From an uncultured Pseudomonadales bacterium (GTDB taxonomy: Bacteria; Patescibacteriota; Microgenomatia; UBA1400; MFAQ01): a DNA stretch of 64,000 bases. The first letter of the stretch is position 1, and each line of letters starts with the position of its first letter. Location of the stretch: assembly GCA_964487665.1 (NCBI GenBank), contig CAZARR010000002.1, forward strand, positions 8,597 to 72,596, read 5' to 3'. A model generated the notes under the pieces. The model searched no databases. It was not told the origin of the DNA and saw only the letters and a program-made list of their open reading frames with translations. The position numbers and the translations under genes were made by a program. Shown here one piece after another: positions 1-7,529 of the stretch.

Positions 1-216
1 CCCCTCTTCCTCCTTCACTCTTTTTATCACCAACCCCACCTGTTCCCGATCACCCACATCCATCACCATGTATCTACATCGCAATTCTTTTGCAACTTTT
101 TTCAATTCATCCTCATTCCTAGCAGCAACAACCACACGATATCTTCTACTCAACCGCTTTGCCATCTCCCTACCCAACCCGTCACTTCCACCAGTTATCA
201 ACACAACTTTGGCCAT
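1..216 (-). CDS. short-chain dehydrogenase/reductase (SDR), N-terminal part; gene continues beyond the window start
   Basis: Reverse-strand translation from ATG at 214-216 gives MAKVVLITGGSDGLGREMAKRL..., a classical SDR Rossmann TGxxxGxG N-terminus; the ORF runs off the window edge. Confidence 0.6.
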   Translation of the reverse strand, partial: MAKVVLITGGSDGLGREMAKRLSRRYRVVVAARNEDELKKVAKELRCRYMVMDVGDREQVGLVIKRVKEEEG

Positions 217-246
217 AGCACTATAATAGCGCATACCCAATAAGAT

Positions 247-642
247 ATGCCAAGATCCCCCGATTCACCTTTATTCGATCTACCAGAATTATCCGAACTC
301 AAAAACCACACTGTTATAATTTGGGGCAGAATTTCCCGAGAGCATCTGATAGCCCTTAGAGGAATAACGATTCTAAATTTTGAAGTTATTCTTGGCCTTC
401 CCGCCAAATCCTGGGCCTTGTTGGTTTATGACAACGACTTGGGAGCCTTTTTTGTCGTCCCCTTTGAGTGGATATACAAAAGCCAAATTGACCCATCTTT
501 GTACCCCATTCTCACACCCGATTTCCGTCTTAAGGATGGTGAACCACACCTCACCAGCCCAATTGCCTTTGACCAAATGCTCGAACAAAAAAATGCCTGG
601 CCCTCGAGAAAATCCGTGGGGCCAATCAAGCTCACCAAGTAA
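247..642 (+). CDS. hypothetical protein
   Basis: 131-aa ORF in an otherwise empty 700-nt gap between the SDR gene and tgt; no recognisable motif. Several overlapping alternative ORFs exist. Confidence 0.25.
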   Translation: MPRSPDSPLFDLPELSELKNHTVIIWGRISREHLIALRGITILNFEVILGLPAKSWALLVYDNDLGAFFVVPFEWIYKSQIDPSLYPILTPDFRLKDGEPHLTSPIAFDQMLEQKNAWPSRKSVGPIKLTK

Positions 643-915
643 GCAACAATCGCTTCGAACTCGCGATCAAGATTTAGGTTTGACCTTCGTCTCCGGTCGG
701 TAATATTAATACCCCAAGTTCCGTTAGGAGAGCTGTAGCCGCCAACACACTCTCCCGACTAGCCGAGGGTAGAGGCGGCACAGCCCACTCACCACTTTCC
801 CACATCTCCTCAAATCCGGGTTCAACAGCTGCGTGAATTGATAGATCCCTCCTCCTATCTTTAGCATCTCTTCCTAGCTCAGGTAATGCTGCCATAACCG
901 AAATTATACACCCAC

Positions 916-921
916 TATAAT
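916..921 (+). promoter_or_regulatory. TATAAT -10-like hexamer 6 nt upstream of the tgt ATG (possible leaderless transcript)
   Basis: The hexamer tataat at 916-921 is followed by 6 nt (ctaccc) and the tgt ATG at 928. Confidence 0.3.
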
Positions 922-927
922 CTACCC

Positions 928-2139
928 ATGTTCGAATTTAGTATCACCGGCAAACTTCTTGGCCATGGACGAACCGGAGTTTTTCAAACCCCCCACGGTA
1001 TCATCCACACCCCTGTTTTTATGCCTGTCGGTACCAACGCCTCGGTCAAATCCGTCCCCACCGAATGTCTTTTTGATCTCGGTGCCCAGATGATTCTTGC
1101 CAACAACTATCACCTTTATCTTCGCCCAGGCAGCCATCTGATTCACCAGCTTGGCGGTATCCATCGTTTTATGAACTGGGATCACCCCATTCTTACCGAC
1201 AGTGGTGGTTTTCAGGTTTTTAGTCTGGGAGAACCAAAAAAACTACGAAAATTAGCTGAACTTACCAAAAATACTACTCTACGCGATCCAAACTTAATCG
1301 AAACCTCTAACGAAGGAGTTCGTTTTCGCTCCCACCTCGATGGCTCTTCACACTTTTTTACCCCCGAGGAAGCCATCAAATCTCAGCAACTGATTGGCGC
1401 TGATATTATTATGGCTTTGGACGTTTGTACGCCCGACCTAGCCGATCGTGACACTTCCCAAATTGCCCTTCGCCGCACCCACTCTTGGTTAGCCCGTTGC
1501 AAAACCCAATGGCAAAAAACTTGTAAACATGGACCCAGTAAAATTAACCAGCAGGCACTTTTTGGCATCATTCAGGGCGCCATGTATCAGGATTTACGTC
1601 GAGAGTCTGCCCAATTTGTAGTCGATCAAAACCTACCCGGTATTGCTATCGGCGGCGAAACCATCGGTTACAACATGGCTGGAACCACCCAAGTGATGGA
1701 CTGGATCCGCGATTTGTTGCCCGACAATAAACCCCGTTACACTATGGGGCTGGGTCTCAAACCATCCGATTTACTGACAGCCATTATGGCTGGCTCCGAC
1801 ATGTTTGATTGCGTTGCCCCGACCAGATTAGCCCGTAACGGTGCCCTCTATACTGGACAAGTTAAGGTCAAAGACAATCGCTATTACTTCGAAAGCGAAT
1901 TCCCCCAAGAACGCTTAAATATTGCCAACTCACGTTTTAAAAATGACCCCAACCCTATCGATCCACGCTGTGACTGTTCGACTTGTAAACATTACTCTCT
2001 GGCTTATCTGAACCACCTGTTTCACAACAAAGAATTACTCTACTATCAATTGGCATCTATCCACAACCTACGTTTCATGATCAAAATTACCCAAGACGCC
2101 ATCAATCTTTCTCCCTATAGCCCGAAATTTGCATTATAA
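928..2139 (+). CDS. tgt: queuine tRNA-ribosyltransferase (tRNA-guanine transglycosylase)
   Basis: GIIHTPVFMPVGT and LGGIHRFMNW motifs, catalytic-Asp region, and the C-terminal zinc site CDCSTCKHYSLAYLNHL; length 403 aa is typical. Confidence 0.95.
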   Translation: MFEFSITGKLLGHGRTGVFQTPHGIIHTPVFMPVGTNASVKSVPTECLFDLGAQMILANNYHLYLRPGSHLIHQLGGIHRFMNWDHPILTDSGGFQVFSLGEPKKLRKLAELTKNTTLRDPNLIETSNEGVRFRSHLDGSSHFFTPEEAIKSQQLIGADIIMALDVCTPDLADRDTSQIALRRTHSWLARCKTQWQKTCKHGPSKINQQALFGIIQGAMYQDLRRESAQFVVDQNLPGIAIGGETIGYNMAGTTQVMDWIRDLLPDNKPRYTMGLGLKPSDLLTAIMAGSDMFDCVAPTRLARNGALYTGQVKVKDNRYYFESEFPQERLNIANSRFKNDPNPIDPRCDCSTCKHYSLAYLNHLFHNKELLYYQLASIHNLRFMIKITQDAINLSPYSPKFAL

Positions 2140-2365
2140 AATTCAAGGCTCCTATTTTTTCAGTCCTGGCTTTTTCAGCTGCTATCTCCAATTTCACGGC
2201 AATTACTTCCAGGCTCAACTTTTCGCCAAAATACATTTCCAACACTCGCTCCTGCTGTTCTGTTAGGACTATCTCGCTTCGGTGTCCCAACCAATACTCA
2301 TACAATCCCCTCTCGACACTATCTCTTACTGCCTTTCTTGAGAATGGCTCCTTGCCAAAAACCAA
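2102..2365 (-). CDS. small HTH protein resembling sigma-70 region 4
   Basis: 87 aa; LTEQQERVLEMYFGEKLSLEVIAVKLEIAAEKARTEKIGAL resembles the region-4 HTH (LTxRExxVL..FG....tlxEIa..lg.s.erVRQI). It overlaps the tgt 3' end by 38 nt, so the call is tentative. Confidence 0.35.
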   Translation of the reverse strand: MVFGKEPFSRKAVRDSVERGLYEYWLGHRSEIVLTEQQERVLEMYFGEKLSLEVIAVKLEIAAEKARTEKIGALNFIMQISGYREKD

Positions 2366-2375
2366 TCGTAATGCC

Positions 2376-2912
2376 TTACCCCCCTCCTTTTACCCAGATA
2401 ATCACATCCTGACCCACGAATCCCAATTTTTCCTTCTGGGGTGATAAACCCAACGACTGAGCATAGCTGAACAAAGAGTCGAGCCAGTTGACTCCTGCTC
2501 TTTTGACAATTGGCTCATCAACAACACAACAAGGCAAAATTGCAAAACTCTTTTTGAACTCAGCCGCTGCCTGAATAATTTTCATGTTCGAGCCATGCGC
2601 ATGTAGCCCAACCAGCAGGTCAAAGTTTGCTCCATCCCTAACCTCAAATTGCTTGTTCAACCTAGTCAATCCCTCTTGTTGTGCTCTCGCAAGCCGTACT
2701 CTCTTGCCACTTTCCAGATCCCGGTACTTATGGGTAAGTTTTTGCCAGACCGGATCAATAACCACGCAATCAAAATCCTTCTGATCAAGTAAGAAGGATA
2801 ATAACCCCTTTCCCCCACCCACATCAGCCACACGACAAGGTAAGTACTGTTTTCCAATCCACTCTGCAAAAACCTGAAATCTAAACTGGTGCGGTAGCCT
2901 TCTTTTCTTCAT
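2376..2912 (-). CDS. class I SAM-dependent methyltransferase (specificity unknown)
   Basis: Gly-rich SAM-binding motif I VADVGGGKGLLSFLL followed by an acidic motif II (DCVVIDP); it lies directly downstream of queA on the same strand. Confidence 0.5.
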   Translation of the reverse strand: MKKRRLPHQFRFQVFAEWIGKQYLPCRVADVGGGKGLLSFLLDQKDFDCVVIDPVWQKLTHKYRDLESGKRVRLARAQQEGLTRLNKQFEVRDGANFDLLVGLHAHGSNMKIIQAAAEFKKSFAILPCCVVDEPIVKRAGVNWLDSLFSYAQSLGLSPQKEKLGFVGQDVIIWVKGGG

Positions 2913-2913
2913 A

Positions 2914-3987
2914 TCATTTTATCAACATCGCATCACCGAAACTAAACAGTTTATATTTCCCACTTATTGCTTCGCGATAAGCTCTGCCCAACAAACTACT
3001 TTCAAAATTGACAAATTTCGCACCAGTATTTGGTCTCGATACAAATGCACTAACCAGCATTAATAGCGTACTTTTTGGCAAATGAAAATTAGTTACCAAG
3101 GAGTCTGTTACTTTAAATTTATACGGGGGGTAAATATAAATTGCAGTCTCCCCGTTTCTTCCCGTCAGAAATCCCTCCTCATCACCGCAGCTTTCCAAAA
3201 CTCTGGCACTGGTTGTCCCCACAGCAATCACCCTTCCTCCTTTGCTTTTAGCCCTGTTAATTATTTCAGCGTTTTCTTTCGTCAGCTCAAACCACTCACT
3301 ATGCATTTTATGTCTAGAAATATCATCAACTTTCACCGGACGAAAGGTTCCCAGTGAAACATGCAAGTCAATTCGAACAACAATTACTCCTTGTGCCTCC
3401 ATTCTCTCAATTAAATCGGGGGTAAAATGTAAACCAGCGGTTGGGGCGGCCACCGAACCTTCCGCCTTCGCATACACCGTCTGGTAGCTCTCTCTTACTA
3501 ACTTTTCACTTTCGTTTGTATGAATGTAACTGGGTAAAGGAGTTAAGCCAATTTGATTAATCAAACTATGTAGTTCCGATTCCCCCATGTTGAACACCAT
3601 CGTCGTTACTCCATCGCCATCAATATTTTCTATCTTAGCTTCTAACCCTCGCTCAAATACCACCACACTTCCAACCTTGACACCAGGTTTAGTCAACACT
3701 TTGTATTTTGTCCCTTTAGCCCAATCCAGGATCAACATCTCCACTCTACCTCCAGTTTTCTTTTTTCCATACAACCTCGCGGGTACCACCCTACTGTCAT
3801 TCAGAACCAATACATCACCACACTTTACATAATTACTAAGATCTCTAAAATTTTTCTTTCTGATTTCTTCAGTCCTCCGATCTACCACCATTAGCCCGGC
3901 GCTATCGCGTGGATCGGCCAACCTTTGTCCGATCGCCATTTCGGGGAAAGAAAAGACAAAATCACTCAACCTTAGCATTTGCTTCAT
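2914..3987 (-). CDS. queA: S-adenosylmethionine:tRNA ribosyltransferase-isomerase
   Basis: N-terminus MKQMLRLSDFVFSFPEMAIGQRLADPRDSAGLMVV, GDVLVLNDSRVVPARL and TAGLHFT motifs; 357 aa. Confidence 0.95.
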   Translation of the reverse strand: MKQMLRLSDFVFSFPEMAIGQRLADPRDSAGLMVVDRRTEEIRKKNFRDLSNYVKCGDVLVLNDSRVVPARLYGKKKTGGRVEMLILDWAKGTKYKVLTKPGVKVGSVVVFERGLEAKIENIDGDGVTTMVFNMGESELHSLINQIGLTPLPSYIHTNESEKLVRESYQTVYAKAEGSVAAPTAGLHFTPDLIERMEAQGVIVVRIDLHVSLGTFRPVKVDDISRHKMHSEWFELTKENAEIINRAKSKGGRVIAVGTTSARVLESCGDEEGFLTGRNGETAIYIYPPYKFKVTDSLVTNFHLPKSTLLMLVSAFVSRPNTGAKFVNFESSLLGRAYREAISGKYKLFSFGDAMLIK

Positions 3988-4255
3988 CCTTTATTCTTTT
4001 CACCTTCCACATAAACAGTTTCCCTGGACTCTTTGTGTTGGTTGCACCTTTCACAAAACTTCGAGCTTCCTCCAAAATAAATCTTGGTGTGTTTTTACAT
4101 AGTCGCATGTACAAACTAGTATGCTCAATGTCACCAAGTTCCAACGCCAACCGATAAGCATAGTCCTGCCACTCCCGACTAATCCTCCGTTGCTTATTAG
4201 TCTCAACTTTGTAATTACTCAAGATTCCACCCAATGAACTGAATCCTCCTGCCAT
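3962..4255 (-). CDS. hypothetical protein (start uncertain)
   Basis: The ORF track gives 3962-4501, but residues 1-56 are the antisense translation of the Pro/Thr-rich linker of the opposite-strand deacetylase. The first Met that avoids that gene is at 4255 (MAGGFSSLGG...); Met codons at 4333 and 4327 are alternatives. No known motif. Confidence 0.3.
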   Translation of the reverse strand: MAGGFSSLGGILSNYKVETNKQRRISREWQDYAYRLALELGDIEHTSLYMRLCKNTPRFILEEARSFVKGATNTKSPGKLFMWKVKRIKDEANAKVE

Positions 4256-4283
4256 AGACAAGAGTTGATTATAATCAACTCTT

Positions 4284-5153
4284 GTGTCCAATAGACGACT
4301 GATTATCATTGTTTGTTTTCTAGGCATTGCCATTCTCGCCCCCTTTTCATTCAAAATAATTCCACACTCCACCACCACCTCAATCGCGATCGTCACCCCA
4401 TCGTCACCCCCACCTGTGGTTACGACGCTTATTACCCCAACCCCCACACCACCACCTTCGCTGCCTCCCGCCACCCCCCAACCAAAGGGCCCCTGTATCA
4501 ATTTACCGGTTCTAACCTACCACCACGTACAGCCACAAACCCAGGCTCTGGCAAAACACCAGACCAGTCTTACTGTCTATACCCCTGTCTTTTCTCAACA
4601 GATGCAGTACCTCAAAGATAAGGGTTATCACTCTATTAGACCAATTGATTTGGTCAATTGTTTCAACCAAGTGAGCTTGCTACCTTCAAAACCAATTCTG
4701 ATTACATTCGATGACGGCTACGAGGATTTCCACACCGATGCATACCCAGTCCTCAAGCAACTTTCTCTCTACTCTGTCATGTTCCTTCCCACTGGGTTGA
4801 TAGAAAATCCTGATTACCTAAACTGGAATACCCTTAACTTCATCAACTCCGAAGGGTTAGTTGAATTCGCCAATCACACTTGGTCACACCAACAGCTCAA
4901 AACTGATACACAAACTGTCCAAAAAGAAATCTCGACTGCTCACTCGCAATTGTCCGAACGCGGACTAAACCAGACAAAAACTTTTGCCTACCCTTATGGA
5001 ACTGTCAGCTCGCAGGCAATTTTATCGCTCACCAAATTGAGATATCAGCTTGGCTTCACCACCAAACGGGGGACATTTTTGTGCAAAGACAATCAGCTAA
5101 CCCTACCGCGTATTCACATCGGCAATTTACCCTTATCCGCGTATGGTCTCTGA
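4284..5153 (+). CDS. polysaccharide deacetylase (NodB-homology domain) with N-terminal membrane anchor and Pro/Thr-rich linker
   Basis: N-terminal TM helix, low-complexity TPTPTPPPSLPPATPQP linker, then the NodB motifs ITFDDGYED and HTWSH. Confidence 0.85.
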   Translation: MSNRRLIIIVCFLGIAILAPFSFKIIPHSTTTSIAIVTPSSPPPVVTTLITPTPTPPPSLPPATPQPKGPCINLPVLTYHHVQPQTQALAKHQTSLTVYTPVFSQQMQYLKDKGYHSIRPIDLVNCFNQVSLLPSKPILITFDDGYEDFHTDAYPVLKQLSLYSVMFLPTGLIENPDYLNWNTLNFINSEGLVEFANHTWSHQQLKTDTQTVQKEISTAHSQLSERGLNQTKTFAYPYGTVSSQAILSLTKLRYQLGFTTKRGTFLCKDNQLTLPRIHIGNLPLSAYGL

Positions 5154-5663
5154 CAGGGACATAACAGCCTCACCGACTTCCTTAACGAATAGCTCTTGCT
5201 CCCCCTCCGAAAAATTTGCCAACACATAGTCCTCTCCCGACACCCCCCTGTCTCCATCCCGACTATCAACTCCCAAACGAACTCGCCAAAATTCTTTTCC
5301 AATTGATCGTTCCACAGAAGAAACACCGTTGTGTACTTTTGGTCCCACTCCGCGTTGCATCTTCCAGCTACCCAATCTCAGATCCAAATCATCATGAACG
5401 ACCCATACTTCCGCTAATTCAATCTTAAAATAATCAATCACCCTTTGTACTACTACCCCCGACTCATTCATGTACTTACCGGGTTTTAGCAAAAGTAAAT
5501 TATCTGCCACTTCATTGACCCAACCTCCCCATTTCTTCTTTTCCATCCAACCAGCCCCATCGCCCAATTCTACAGCCAGCCTATCCACAAAAACAAACCC
5601 CGCATTGTGCCTGTTGCGCCTATGTTCCTCACCCGGATTTCCCAAACCAACAATCAGTTTCAT
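5133..5663 (-). CDS. pth: peptidyl-tRNA hydrolase
   Basis: MKLIVGLGNPGEEHRRNRHNAGF is the canonical Pth N-terminus; 176 aa. Confidence 0.95.
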   Translation of the reverse strand: MKLIVGLGNPGEEHRRNRHNAGFVFVDRLAVELGDGAGWMEKKKWGGWVNEVADNLLLLKPGKYMNESGVVVQRVIDYFKIELAEVWVVHDDLDLRLGSWKMQRGVGPKVHNGVSSVERSIGKEFWRVRLGVDSRDGDRGVSGEDYVLANFSEGEQELFVKEVGEAVMSLSETIRG

Positions 5664-5683
5664 TCAGCTATAATTCTACCAGC

Positions 5684-6538
5684 ATGAAACATGCTATCAA
5701 CATCTCAGTGGTCATTCCCTGTCTCAACGAAGAAAAAGATCTTCCCAACCTGCTTCACGACCTGGCGCGCCAAACCTCCAGGAATTTCGAGGTAATTGTG
5801 GTCGACGGTCACAGTGATGACAAAACCATTGACAAAATCAAACCTATCTCCACCAAACTACCTCAGTTTCACCTCCTTAGTACTTCCAAGCGAAACGTAT
5901 CATTCCAACGAAATCTCGGCGGCCGTGCGGCAATTGGTAAGTACATCATTTTTATGGACGCTGACAATCGGTTGCCCAAATTTTTCATCGAAGGCATTAG
6001 CTATCGCTTGAACTCCCAAAACACTGACGTATTTACCACCTGGTGCGAACCAGATAGAAATACAGCTACTGCCAAGGCAATTGCCTCATTGTTCAACTTT
6101 GGGATCGAAGCGGGAAAACTGACTGATGTTCCATATGCCCAAGGGGCGATGATCGGTCTCTCGTCACAAAAATTTCGTCAAACTACCGGTTTCGACGAAA
6201 ACATTACCTTCACCGAAGACGCAGAATATATCAGGCGTTGTTATCGCCATGGATTTACCTTCTCTATCTTTAAAGACCCTCGTTACAGAATTTCTCTTCG
6301 ACGATTTCGCCGTCAAGGAACCATCAGAAGCATTGGCCAATATGCCAGACTACACCTAAAGAGTCTGACGGGAAAAGCAATAGATCAGACGAGCGAATAC
6401 CCTATGGGAGGGGCTATTTTCAAAAAGAACGAAAACAGTTTTCTCAACATAACTAAAAACATTATCGACTCGACCACCAACAATCCCGGAGGATTTAAAA
6501 AGATCCAAAAAATCATCAAAAACTCTTTTGAAAACTAG
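5684..6538 (+). CDS. family 2 glycosyltransferase
   Basis: ISVVIPCLNEEKDL start and a DAD acidic motif (FMDADNRL) typical of GT-A fold GT2 enzymes. Confidence 0.85.
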   Translation: MKHAINISVVIPCLNEEKDLPNLLHDLARQTSRNFEVIVVDGHSDDKTIDKIKPISTKLPQFHLLSTSKRNVSFQRNLGGRAAIGKYIIFMDADNRLPKFFIEGISYRLNSQNTDVFTTWCEPDRNTATAKAIASLFNFGIEAGKLTDVPYAQGAMIGLSSQKFRQTTGFDENITFTEDAEYIRRCYRHGFTFSIFKDPRYRISLRRFRRQGTIRSIGQYARLHLKSLTGKAIDQTSEYPMGGAIFKKNENSFLNITKNIIDSTTNNPGGFKKIQKIIKNSFEN

Positions 6539-7509
6539 CCTGTAAGCATCTCCAAACCTACCAACATCAAATATACCCCTATCAAAACCACCCCCTCCCA
6601 ACGGTCCAGCCGCTTTTTAGTCGATACGAATAACCAGAACAAGACAAAGGTCACCACAAAACCCAAAGAGAAGACTGAATATTTCCACACAGGTACTACC
6701 ATGACTGGCCTGATCATGGCAGTGATTCCAATTATCCAAGTCGAGTTTGTTACTACACTCCCAAGCAAATCTCCAAAAACCAATGCCGACTGCTTCTGGC
6801 GTATCGCTTCAATGGCCAAGACCAGTTCTGGTAGACTAGTTCCCACTGCTACCACCACCAGAGAAACAAAGACGATACTCAATCTCAACACTTCCGCCAG
6901 TGCCACCGCTCCCACGACCACCTGATTGGCGCTAAACAGCATCAAAAGCAACATCAAAGCCATTTTTACCAACATTCTGTCAATTCTCCCCTCGTGCCAT
7001 GTTCTAATTGTTCTCAAAAACGTATGTTGGTACTTCCCCTGTTTGATCAACTTGGTGTGCTTGTTCAGCGCCAAATTGTCCCTGACATAAAGAAGATAAG
7101 CCAATAGTAACATTACTCCATCAACCCTGCTCAAACTCCCGTCAAGCATCAACACCAACGGCATTAATCCAGCCACCAAAGCAGCTGACATTTCCCAGCG
7201 TATAAATCCACCTACAATTCCTACCGATCCCGAAGCTAATGCTGCTATCCCTACGATAAATGAAATGTTAAAGATATTACTACCCAACACATTTCCCAAA
7301 GAAACCTCCCCTATTCCTCTAATTGACGAGGTCACTGCCACCAAAAGCTCCGGCAGGGTAGTAAACATCGCTACTGCCACAGCCGCTATGGCCAAACTAT
7401 GCCAGCCGGTTCTAACCATCAACCGTTTGAACATATCTACACTCACTCTCGAGGCAAAGATCAGTACAAACGCCCAAAAGAATAAATATCCAGACCAAAG
7501 TAACAACAT
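6535..7509 (-). CDS. CaCA-family Na+(K+)/Ca2+ exchanger-like membrane protein (YrbG-like)
   Basis: Two alpha-repeat signatures (TTLPELLVAVTS..GNVLGSNIFNI and GTSLPELVLAIEA..GDLLGS) in a polytopic membrane protein. Confidence 0.85.
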   Translation of the reverse strand: MLLLWSGYLFFWAFVLIFASRVSVDMFKRLMVRTGWHSLAIAAVAVAMFTTLPELLVAVTSSIRGIGEVSLGNVLGSNIFNISFIVGIAALASGSVGIVGGFIRWEMSAALVAGLMPLVLMLDGSLSRVDGVMLLLAYLLYVRDNLALNKHTKLIKQGKYQHTFLRTIRTWHEGRIDRMLVKMALMLLLMLFSANQVVVGAVALAEVLRLSIVFVSLVVVAVGTSLPELVLAIEAIRQKQSALVFGDLLGSVVTNSTWIIGITAMIRPVMVVPVWKYSVFSLGFVVTFVLFWLFVSTKKRLDRWEGVVLIGVYLMLVGLEMLTG

Positions 7510-7529
7510 TACTCTAATTTAAACACAAA

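Noticed and set aside
3962-4501. Track ORF of 179 aa on the minus strand with a Gly/Val-rich N-terminus (GGSEGGGVGVGVISVVTTGGGDDG)
   Set aside because: That N-terminal stretch is the reverse-complement translation of the Pro/Thr-rich linker of the plus-strand polysaccharide deacetylase (4284-5153), so it is not independent coding signal. Only the 3' roughly 290 nt (from Met at 4255, or 4333) is kept as a low-confidence hypothetical gene.
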